The position numbers and the translations under genes were made by a program. DNA of 49,464 bases, filler included, from Jimgerdemannia flammicorona (taxonomy: Eukaryota): the NCBI GenBank assembly GCA_003990765.1. It is 2 parts of 2 records of this genome, joined end to end, with 100 filler letters (N's around TTAATTAATTAA, not from the genome) between each part and the next. Parts side by side here need not be neighbours in the genome. Positions count along the whole stretch, not along the records: positions 24,783 to 49,464 come from RBNJ01000941.1; 1 more part is not named here. One strand, 5' to 3'. Of this stretch, positions 35,875-46,777 are shown piece by piece (the first letter of the stretch is position 1; each line of letters opens with the position of its first letter). A model generated the notes under the pieces. That model had not been told where the DNA came from, ran no database searches, and worked only from the letters and a program-made list of their open reading frames with translations.

Positions 35875-36985
35875 ACCGTATGACTTCATGCAAGATGGAT
35901 ATGTCGGCATTCTAAATCTTTCCCAGGGTTCTAAGTTGTCCATACCATGGTATCAGTTGCATGTACGGCTTATCATATTGGTTCGATCAACCTTCTCCAG
36001 AGTGACATCACTCAAACCGTATCACTCGTTCTATCAGCAAGCATAATAGAGCTTTCCCAGGGCAGGGGTATTATGTTGCCCATAACGGACATCCATGGTC
36101 TCAGTTGTATGTCGTACGGCTTATCATATTGGTTCGACGATCCTGTTACCAACTATCAATCCAGAGTGACATCGCTCAAACCGTATCACTCGTTCTATCA
36201 GCAAGCATAATAGAGCTTTCCCAGGGCAGGGGTATTATGTTGCCCGTAATGGATATCCAAAGTGTCAAATGCAATGTCGTACGACTTATCATACAACAAT
36301 CTCCAGAATTATATCACTCAAATGGAACTGTCAGCATTCTAAAGCTTTTCCAAGTGCACCATATTGTCCGTAACGGGCATCCAAGGTGTCAGTTGCAATG
36401 TCGTACGACTTATCATGCAACAGTCTCCAGAATGATATCACTTAAATGGGACTGTCAGTATTCTAAAGCTTTTCTAGGAGCATCATGTTGCCCGTAACGG
36501 ACATCCAAGGTGTCAGCAATGTCGTATGACTTATCATGCAACAATCTCCAGAACGATATCACTCAAATGGGACTGTCAGTATTCTAAAGCTTTTCTAGGA
36601 GCATCATGTTGCCCGTAACGGACATCCAAGGTGTCAGTTGTAATGTCGTACGGCTTATATGGCAACAATTTCCAATTTCTCGAACCTTTTGCCAAGGTGA
36701 CAACAACTATGCCTACATCAAAATATCCTACAATGGCACCATAATCCTGCTATTTAACTGGTTATGTGATCACCTTGATGCACCATTGAAAAATATGGAA
36801 GTAGTGAACGTTATAATAAAGCATACAACAGTCTCCAGAATGATATCACTCAAACTGTATCACTCTATGTAAGAATCTTTCCCAAAGGGTACTATATTGC
36901 CCATAATAGACATCCAAGGTCACGTTGCATGTCATGCCGTACGACTTATCATACTGGTTGTCGACGCTCTGCTACCAACAGTCTA
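35875..36985. repeat. Imperfect tandem array of ~120-165-bp units (about 8 copies)
   Basis: Anchor gtacg(a/g)cttatcat recurs near 35878, 35963, 36114, 36279, 36403, 36524, 36648 and 36939, with a shared gttgcccgtaacggacatccaagg block. Confidence 0.85.
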
Positions 36986-38858
36986 CATTTTTATTATTAT
37001 TATTATTTTATTATTTTAATATATATCTATATTGTTACTTACACGATTGAACAAGATGATAACTAACACTTAAATGTGAGAAACTCTTTCAAAAAGTCAA
37101 TTAGAGCAGAATCTCACCGGTATACCTTTGTCTGCCAATCCCAGTCACGTTAGCTATGAGAACGAAATATATTGAATTAGAAGCAAATATAAAAAAATGC
37201 ACCCCTAGACCCCCTGGTCCCCCCACAAAATGTCTGCGTTTGTGGATCTGCTATTGCTATCGATATTGGTGTGCATGTGTGCATACCAATTTTGTTTCCG
37301 CGGAACTCGAGAAATTTTACTTGGCAATATCTCTGCCGTATTGATATATTTTTCCGAGCACCAAGTATATTAATATTGAATCAACGCCAATTGAATTGGC
37401 GTTAGCTAGAACGAAGGCTTCGTCAAAGGTTTCCCAGGGCTTTTTTTAAATTCTTCCGTGTTCAGCTAAAAAAACAAAACAAAAAACAAAACAAAAAACA
37501 CACCAAATGTCCACCGCCAAATAAACAATGTGCACGCAGTAAGATCCCCGTGATTTGCAGGGCCTGCCGCGTTTATATGGTGACATTCACAAATGGTAAT
37601 ATTCTAGCCTCGCTTTCCAACTTTGGGCATCGATTTCCTGTTTCGATTTGTGGCTGAGGGCTGGCAACCTCATCTGACAGGACGCAGATCAATTCTAAGT
37701 TCGGAGGGATCTCCCGCCAGTAATTTCAGTCGTGCGTACCTGAAACACAACATATACATTATCGAAAGATCAATAGAACCTAAATAGACAAGTTCCCAAA
37801 AGAGAAAGGTCACGCGCACCTGTAATTTCGAAACATTCCACAATTTTTGATCTCAGCTCGGAGCGGAATACAAGAGTTCCGTTAAATCCGTACCACGTGC
37901 GGGATAGCGATCTACACTCCAGGATGATCTCGGCCCACCTGCCCAACATCCAGACACTCCTCACACTCCAAATTACCCCCTTCCACCCAGTGCCCCGACC
38001 AATAGTTCAGCATTATGTCCTGAAGGCAGGACGATCACTTCAAGCGACAGTAACTCGCAGGATAATTCTTTGGGCCGTTTGCCTCTTGCTTACGATCATC
38101 GACGTATGTTGTCGCTGCGTGCGTCGCGGGATTGCGAAATGACACCTGTTTTGCGCGCAGCTAGTGGTTGCAACTCGTACAAAGAAAGTCACAGCTACCT
38201 GCACCCCGGATGTTTGTTTGTTTACCATGGCCGTTCCATAATAGCACCAGTACACGAGCTTCAATGTTGGTTACCTCTACTTGGATGTTCTACACGCGCT
38301 CGAGCCACGGTCTCGGGCACTCTTTGATCCATCACTCCCGAATGGCCGTGTCTCACAGCCACACAGGGTCCACTTTTACCGTTTATAGGCAATAACGCCA
38401 CGCCCGAGGACGCAACGTCATTTGGACGGAAAACGCGGTGGAATTCCAATTTTTGGGATCGGTCATTTGGCTACACGGATGGCTCCAATAAGCGGCTATA
38501 TCAGGATCGACAACACTAAGCGGTTTACCGTATTTGTTCGGCAAAATCCCTCCAATATTCGCCATGAGCAGCATTCCGATAGCGTGCACGACAATGCGAG
38601 AAACCAAAAAAAAAAAAATGTCAGCCCATCGAACCGTTAGGTGCTTAGCAACTTTTTTTTAGCTATTTATAGTCTATATACCAGCCATAGTTCAATACGT
38701 GCACCTGTCACATCGATTCTGTACAACCTGTGACCTACACAACTGTGTCAATGCCAAGTTAGTGAACATGGTGGAAAAGCTCAGTGATATCTATATAAGC
38801 CCTTTTCGGAGGAACGCAAAAGGAACAAACTGGTATCAACGATCTAATTTCATCCGAG

Positions 38859-41121
38859 ATGAACCGCGAAACCAATTCGACTTTCTCTCATTTTGGCAAC
38901 TCTTCCGAGAGCAGGCCAAGCCAGAGTTCGGTCCCGCAATTGTTCTACTTCCCGAGATTTAATCTGTCGAACGCATCCGCCGATAGCCTGGCGCGCCCGC
39001 GGGGTGCGCAACGGCCCCTGGAAGACGTCGACCTCGAGGAGCTCTGCACCCAACTCCGGGAAGGTACTACGGCTCTGCGCAGGAGGCCCGATCGCGCCGC
39101 CAAGTCTCAAGCCAAAGAGTCCAAGGTCCTCAAGCGCCGTCGCCGATCCCCTGAATCCTCCCCCCCGGCCGCGAACGTTCCCCACGCGATGACAGGTCAA
39201 CCCAAGACGAACCGCCCCCCCCCAATTCTTGGCGCCGCCCAATTCGGCAGCAGCGAACAGCTGCCGGCCTGTATGATTTCGCTGGGCGAGAGCAACAGCG
39301 AGATGCAAAACCTAATTGACGTCCAAGTGCCCGGCCAAGTGCCCGGCCAGGTGCTCGGCCAGGTCCTGGAGTCTGACGACGGGTTTGCGGGAAACACCCA
39401 GGTTGCGACGCGAAAAAACCGCGCGGTCGCCTCAGAGGTGATGACAACCGATTACCTGAAGCACTCCGGACAGAATGTTGTCTCACACCTCGTCATGGAC
39501 CACAACATTGCAAAGAACCACTCCTTACATGCAATTTTTGAATACTGCCTCACGACCTACGTTAACTGCATCGGCCGCAGATTTCCCACCTTCCCGCGGA
39601 AGACCACTTTCGACTGGTACAACCGAACCGACAACCCAGAAAACGACATTATGGCATGCACTATTATCTACTCGTCCATTCGGCACGGACTGAAGATGCA
39701 TCAGAACGCACAGTTCATGTCCATGCTCGGCACAAACAATGTCGATGCCATTCATGACCATTTCCTGGATCGCACTATATACATGTTCGGCGAGCAGTGC
39801 AAGCCCACGAAGCATAATATCATCGCGGCTTGCTTCTTATGCATGAACCGTGCGATTACGAGTGAGAAGAAAAATATCTATTACGATATTGCTCAGAGAA
39901 TGGCGAGGGAGATTGGCATACTACCAATCCCTGTGGGAATTGAGGAGAAGGAGGTCGAGAAAGTGATCAATGCCAGGGTTTGGTGGTTAGTATAACGTTC
40001 GGGTATTTGATGAGCGATTTGAAGCGCGATTTTTTGATGATGGCTAAAAATGTATCTTCTTCCACCACAATAGGCGCTTGCGTCAAACTGGCATATTTTT
40101 AGTTCAAACTGGCTCAATTCCCTTCACAGAGCTCGAGAAGATTGATATGGACATGATCCAAGGCCCCACTCCTTGCTATCTCGACGCCGAAGACCCCTAC
40201 GACGTCTGTAATGTCATCGCATGGGGACACGAATCCAAGATCTGGGAGATCCAGACCAGCATCTGGAACACCTACAACGCAGATACCGGATCCAAGATCT
40301 CCCGGGACACCCTCCTCGCCTACGAGGAAGACATAATTGGGTGGTACCAGCAACTCCAGCCCTCCTTAAAGACCGACTCCACGCTCCTCCCTTCCCTTGA
40401 ACTCAAAGTCGAATTCTTTGCATCCCTCATCACCCTCCACAAGGAATTCATACCGGCTTCCGATGAGCAACTCACTCCGGACTCCCTCAATTCACTCAAC
40501 AAATGCCTCGCCTCTGCTACCTTCATGATATTGCTACTCGAGCTCCAGGTTGACGCTGGGAAGTGCCAGATGGACGTGTTCGAGTTCGAAAGGGCCGTCG
40601 ATATCGCCATGACATGCATGAGAATGAGCGACGAGGAAAACGCAAACCTCGCAAAAGGTGTCCTCGTCAAGGGATACAATCTCATCCGTCGCACTAATGA
40701 GCACGCCAGGTCCATCGTCACAGAGATCGAGGGCGCCTTGCTAGAGCACGACCCGTCGGGGTCCTTTCTCAACGAATCGGAGATGCTACCTGACCTCGAG
40801 GTCGGGACGGAGATCATACCTGAGCTCGAGGTCGGGACGGAGATCATACCTGAGCTCGAGGTCGGGACGGAGATCATACCTGAGCTCGAGGTCGGGACGG
40901 AGATAGGGTTTGGAATGACGTCCGACAACGTGCCAACAATGTTTGAGTCATACAATGCGCAGCTTGTGGCAACGGTACCGCGTGAGATCCCGCCCGGGTT
41001 TGTTAACACGTTCTCGATTGGGAAAGAGAGGAAGGAGGCGAGGTTTCGATACTATGCGCCGGATTCGTCCAAGGCCAAGAGCGTGTTCGTTGTCGAGGAC
41101 GAGTTGAACATCGAGATTTAG
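38859..41121 (+). CDS. Fungal transcription-factor-like protein (middle homology region type); true start uncertain
   Basis: Two long ORFs joined by a phase-2 intron 39986-40073 (ARVWW|RLRQ). YYDIAQRMAREIG and IIGWYQQLQPSL resemble Fungal_trans/MHR motifs. Confidence 0.72.
40789..40885 (+). repeat. 30-bp coding minisatellite (PELEVGTEII, three full units plus a partial)
   Basis: cctgagctcgaggtcgggacggagatcata repeated almost perfectly. Confidence 0.95.
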
Positions 41122-41544
41122 GGTTGAACTCTGGGAGGGTATACGTCGAGAGGCACAAATTGTATGTACAAGTCGTGATGACAGAGATATATATATGCTT
41201 TTTTTTTTTTTTTTTTTCTCTTTAAGAGCTAGCTTAAATTTAGCAACTTTATCAGACTATATTACGATTATATATGACTTATGAACCAATATACAAGCGA
41301 ATACCTTTATGTATTATTATGCCCTAAATTTTCATTATGTTTTTAGCAGACAGAACCAGATCAGGTCGATTTCGCTTATGTAAGGGTGCCCATTGTGGTT
41401 GAAACAATAAATGCGGAGATTTCTCCAAAACACCAAAATGTCTCGCTCACGGTCACATGATTTAATGCTACCCTGTCCTTTATATCAATCCCTTTCCCCT
41501 CCAATCCATCTGTCCATCTCTAACTCTCTTCTGTCGTCGCAACC

Positions 41545-43324
41545 ATGTCCAACTCCTCCGCCGCCTCAGACCGCCTCTCCCTCCTCTCCGCCCACCTTGC
41601 CGTTGTCGCGCCTTCCCAGCTGCACCGTCAGCAGACCAACGCCGCCGCCGCTCCGACCCCTGTCACTACGAGCCTTGCCGGCAAGGTGTGCATCATCACC
41701 GGCGCTGGGTCCGTGCATGGTATTGGGTAAGTGGTCAGATTTTGCAATAATATTTTATTGGCGTTGATCTAGACTGATGAATGTTCACCTGGCCACGTCA
41801 TACTTCTTTAGTCGCGCTAGTGCCTGGGCCTTCGCTCAGAACGGTAAGCCTTTACCATCCATTTCTACGAGACCCGAGCCTAGCTCTTCATCGGATTCGC
41901 CACTCACATAAGCATCTCGTCCTCCACAGGTGCTGCGGCCATTTACATCACCGATTTCCGCGTCGACCACCTCGAGTCCCTCGCTCAGGAGATCACAGCC
42001 GCCTACCCTGGCGTCAAGGTGATCGCGCGACGCGTCGACGCCACCTCGGACGAAGACGTCAAAGGTGTCATCGACGATGCGATCGAGAAGTTCGGGAGGC
42101 TCGATGTCTTTTTCGCGAACGCTGGTGGGTGAATTGTGCAATAAGTGACGGCGTTTGAGTGTGGATTGATATATTGTTGGTCGTTTGTGTTCAAACTGCA
42201 GGTGTGGCCACGGGCGCGCATATTAAAGACACGGACGGTCAGCAGTTCATGGAATCGATGAGGGTAATTGTCCTCTCTGCGGTGTTTTTGGTACCCTAGC
42301 GGCGGGACTCCGCGCATCATTGATCCATTTCTAAACTCCGCATTCTACGCGCCTCGTACAGATCAATGGACTTAGGTAATCAAGCGCACATTCTCCATCG
42401 TCGATAGCCCTCTCGCTTCGCAAATCTGACAACCCCGAAATCTTGCCTCATTAACACCGATTCAGCACCTTCCTCGCCATCAAACACGCCGGCGCGGCCA
42501 TGCAGATCACAGGCAAGGGCGGGAAGGAGAAGACCGGCGGATCGATCGTCGCCACCGCTTCCGGTGGGTATCTCGCTGCAATCTCAATAGGCGGACTTGA
42601 TAGAGGCAATGCGTGTATCATGCTAGGCGCATTTTCACTCATTTCGATTTTCATACATCGCTGCCCTCCAATCATGTTACAGTTGCTGGTGTTCGCTCAG
42701 GCGCCGGCTCACTCGATTACTCTGCTTCCAAGGCTGCGTAGGTTTTATTCAGTCTTTCGTCTGCTTCCATCATCGATCGAAAGTTTTCTCCCCTCGCTCA
42801 CTCCATCCATCGCCCCACGCCTCGTAGTGTGATCAACATGGCCCAATGCGGCTCGACCCAGTACGCCAAGGCCAACATCCGTGTCAATGCCATCTGCCCG
42901 GTACGCTCATGGCCGTCTACGTGATTCGCTCAGAATTTTATCGTAGCTCTAACCTTCCTCCGTTGACTCGGTTCGCAGGGCCTCATCGAGACCGACATGA
43001 CCAAGATCACTTTCGACTACGCCAAAGCCCGCGGCACGGCCCACAAGATTGGCCAGCTCAACCCGCTGGCGCGGTACGGTGTCGCGAGCGAGGTGAGTGG
43101 ATCTTTCAGAAGGTTGGTGCCAATGGGTTCGCAACTGAGTTCAATTGACTAACGATGAACTTCGACCGCACCTTCTTTTGATTCAACTCCCTACGTTTCT
43201 CTAGGTCGCCAGCGTGGCCCTCTTCCTCGCTAGCGACGCCTCGTCCTACGTGAACGGCCAGGCGTGGGCTGTCGACGGCGGCCTCAGCGCGAGCTTGCCG
43301 GTCGCGCCGGGGAGGTTCTTCTAG
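41545..43324 (+). CDS. Short-chain dehydrogenase/reductase, multi-exon, with PTS2-like signal
   Basis: [60 protein letters not shown]-terminal RLSLLSAHL. Confidence 0.93.
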
Positions 43325-43991
43325 GGAGTTCCTTGTTGGGTAACGGTGGTGGGGGTATTGATACGAAAATATTTGTGAAGACCACTCGTAGATTTGCGTT
43401 AATAAAATGTATGGATGATGCACCCCACGGTTTTATTGATTAGTTGATCAATACGGTGTCAGAGGAGGAAATAAGACGATCGGTACCTGTTAATTATTTA
43501 CTAATAAGCATGCATGCATGTGAACGACCTCAAACGTGAACTCAAAAGGAGCTTCGTGCTGGCGAAATATTTGCCAGATAAAAAAAGGAAAAAAAGAAAA
43601 AAAAAAAACACACACGATGCATGCACACAACAGACGGTATGTTAGAGTGATATGAGACCGCTCAAGGATTTCCTCCTATTGATGATTAATGATCTCTTCA
43701 CGACCTCACAACTAATAAACAATGCGCTTCCGCTTGATAGAGCCTTGGCTTTTTAGCTTTGCTGATTAGCTAACCACAGTTTTGACTATTGTTGTATAGC
43801 GTTAGCTACAGTTGGCCGATTCAATCCATCCGATTTCCTACGATAGCTCCCTTCCACGTGTAGATCAATAAAATACAAGTATTCTGTCTTTATAATCTAT
43901 GTTCGCGATGAACTGGCACAACAGGTTCCCTACAACCTCGCTCACCGGCCCTCAAACCCCTCACCCTCTCCCCGCCCTCTCGGGCAAGGTC

Positions 43992-44207
43992 TCAGTGCTT
44001 CTCCCCCTTCTTGGCAGCCGGGGTGGTGACATACTCGACGCCGAGGTAGGCGGCGAACGCGACGGTGGCGATGCCAAGGCCGGGAAACATATTGCGGAAT
44101 ATGGTGCGGTTCGAGAAGATGGCGTGCTTGCGCCAGGCCTCACGACGGGCCCACGGGTCGTGCCGCTCGGGAGTGAATTGTAGCTGGTGGTGGGTCTTGC
44201 CGGGCAT
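43992..44207 (-). CDS. NDUFB3: NADH:ubiquinone oxidoreductase B12 accessory subunit
   Basis: DPWARREAWR...FPGLGIATVAFAAY signature; 71 aa. Confidence 0.92.
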   Translation of the reverse strand: MPGKTHHQLQFTPERHDPWARREAWRKHAIFSNRTIFRNMFPGLGIATVAFAAYLGVEYVTTPAAKKGEKH

Positions 44208-44464
44208 TTTGGGTGTTGTAGTTGCGGGTGGAAGGGGAGATGAGGGTTTGTTTTGATGGGAAATCGAGCAAGCCACTGGTGGAGGTGATGTCACCCCTGG
44301 CTGCGAGCAACAGAAGTATTCCAATTATGGTGGGGGTGGGAGGACACATACATCCTTCGCTACAACACATAAAAAAGACAATCTGATGTGAATTGCCATC
44401 GATTGTGCCGCGGTTGTGTTGATCGAGTGCTTGCCGCTTGCTTCCGCCGCAAGATGATTTTTTG

Positions 44465-44471
44465 TGAGTCA
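44465..44471. promoter_or_regulatory. Gcn4/CpcA-type site (TGAGTCA) in the divergent NDUFB3-ARO2 promoter
   Basis: Exact consensus ending 66 bp upstream of the ARO2 ATG, next to a reverse CCAAT (attgg). Confidence 0.5.
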
Positions 44472-44537
44472 GATTGGAACCAGTCACATAAAAGACAATT
44501 ATCCACTCTCCATTCCTTCTTTCCTCCTCTCTCCACA

Positions 44538-46152
44538 ATGAGCACCTTCGGCACCGTTTTCCGCGTCACCACCTACGGGGAGTCTCACTGCAGGGGTGTC
44601 GGTTGCATCGTTGATGGCGTGCCTCCGGGTTTGCCCCTTACCGAGGCGAACATTCAGCCCCAGTTGTCGCGGAGGAGGCCGGGACAGAGTAGGCTGACCA
44701 CTCCGGTGAGTAGAGGGGGATTCATGTCGGGATGGGAGGAGCTTGGAATGGACACCCGAAATACTGTGAAGGAGGAGGACATGGCCTGACCTGTTCATTG
44801 TCATGGCTTTGTTGCTCTTGTTTGCACGGCTGGATTTCCTTCAGTGTAAACACACAACGCGTCACAACCACCGCGTGCCAGCTCCCCATATCCTCCTAAC
44901 CCACACGTCCCTCCTTCGCCCAGCGCGACGAGAAAGACCGCGTAACGATCCTCTCCGGTACCGAGCATGGCATAGCCCTCGGCACGCCGATTGGTCTCTC
45001 GGTCCCGAACGAGGACCAGCGTCCGCACGACTACTCCGAGACGGACCTGTACCCGCGTCCGTCGCACGCCGACTGGACCTACCTGCAGAAGTACGGACTC
45101 AAGGCCAGCAGCGGAGGCGGTCGCGCCAGCGCGCGCGAGACCATCGGCCGCGTCGCCGCCGGCGCCATCGCAGAGCACTATCTGCGCCTTGCGCTCGGTG
45201 TCGAGATCGTCGCGTTCGTGTCTAGCGTCGGGAAGGTCGCGATGAAGTTTGTGGAGGAGCTAGAGGATGAGAGGCCCCACGGTACCGAGTTTTATGAGTT
45301 GCTTAATACTGTGTCGAGGGAGACTGTTGATGCGGATGAGACTAGGTGCCCGGTTAAGGAGTCCGCAGATAGGATGCGCGAGGTAGGTGAAATCATGAGG
45401 ATTAGGCATGCTTCCGGATTTATGTGTGTATGTGCTTTGCGCAATTTACGAGACCTCTTTCTGCACGCCCACAGCGCATCCTCGAAGCCAAAAGCAATCA
45501 AGACTCGATCGGCGGCACGGTGACGTGTGTGATCCGCAATGTGCCCTCGGGACTCGGCGAACCCTGCTTCGATAAGCTCGAAGCTCTTCTCGCGCACGCC
45601 ATGCTCTCCATCCCAGCTACCAAGGGTTTCGAGATCGGCTCAGGCTTCAACGGCACCAAGATCCCGGGACACCTGCATAACGACCCTTACTTCCGCAAGC
45701 CCGACGGCTCCCTCGGTACCATCACGAACAACTCAGGTGGTATCCAGGGCGGCATCTCTAACGGCGAGCACATCTACTTTAGAGTCGCGTTCAAGCCGCC
45801 GGCTACTATCTCCCTTTCCCAGCAGACCGTCACTTATGCTGGTGATCAGGGGACCCTCGCGGCGAGGGGGAGGCATGATCCGTGCGTGGTGCCCCGCGCC
45901 GTGCCGATTGTGGAGGCGATGACGTCGTTGGTTATTATGGAGTGAGTTATTTTATTTTATTTTATTTTTTTTGGGGGGGTATGGGTTGATGTCCGCGAAA
46001 TGCGATTCATAGTGATCTTGACGATTGATCATGCCTTCATATTCTACAGCGCATTCCTCCTTCAACAGCAACGGAAGGCCGCCGCGGCCCTCATCCCGCC
46101 CACGATAGCCATCCATCCCTCGCTGCGTGGCGTCGTTCCGGACGGCAAGTGA
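44538..46152 (+). CDS. ARO2: Chorismate synthase, 4 exons
   Basis: [67 protein letters not shown]. Confidence 0.97.
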
Positions 46153-46777
46153 AGGCAGTAAATCAATTGACCGGATTTGGACTTGACGTCTACTCATAGT
46201 AGAACCGAAAGAAATTTTAATAGTGTGACGTTTGTGTGCTAGAACTGCTTAGTAAATGGACGAGCTGAGAAATTGAATAGGCTGTAGTTTGTTCGAATAC
46301 AATCCAAAAATGACATTGATGACAGGCCAGACATGGCATCCCCTGTTTCATGTAATTAGAAGTCACTATGGTCGTTCGTTCGTTCGGAATGATGCAATGG
46401 TTGGTCCACAAGACAAACAAATTCCATGCTGAGCCAGATTGGGGCGTTCGCGGAACCGGAGGGGTTGACTTGACTTATATACCCAGATCTGCATTAGAGA
46501 AGATTGGATAGTCCGAATCCAGTTACCGCACGTGATTAGACCGACAAGCCTCTTTATTAACTCTCACTTTCCCTACTTTACCATACACTCCGCTTCGTCT
46601 TGCCACACCCTTCGCCACCCAAAACCCTATCAGATTCCACTCAATTTCACCGATAGCTTCCTCTCCGGAGGACCCCGAGCTTTCGTTTGGCGTGTTGCCC
46701 ATCACATTCAACATTGACACATCTCCGTCCCCGGCCCACTCCTCAAACAAAACCCCTCTCCCTCAATCACCTCGAAA

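Noticed and set aside
35875..36985. CRISPR-like array
   Set aside because: Intervening sequences are mostly homologous to each other rather than unique spacers; repeats are long and degenerate; no cas genes.
37383..37403. Palindrome aacgccaatt-g-aattggcgtt
   Set aside because: Isolated short inverted repeat with no supporting context.
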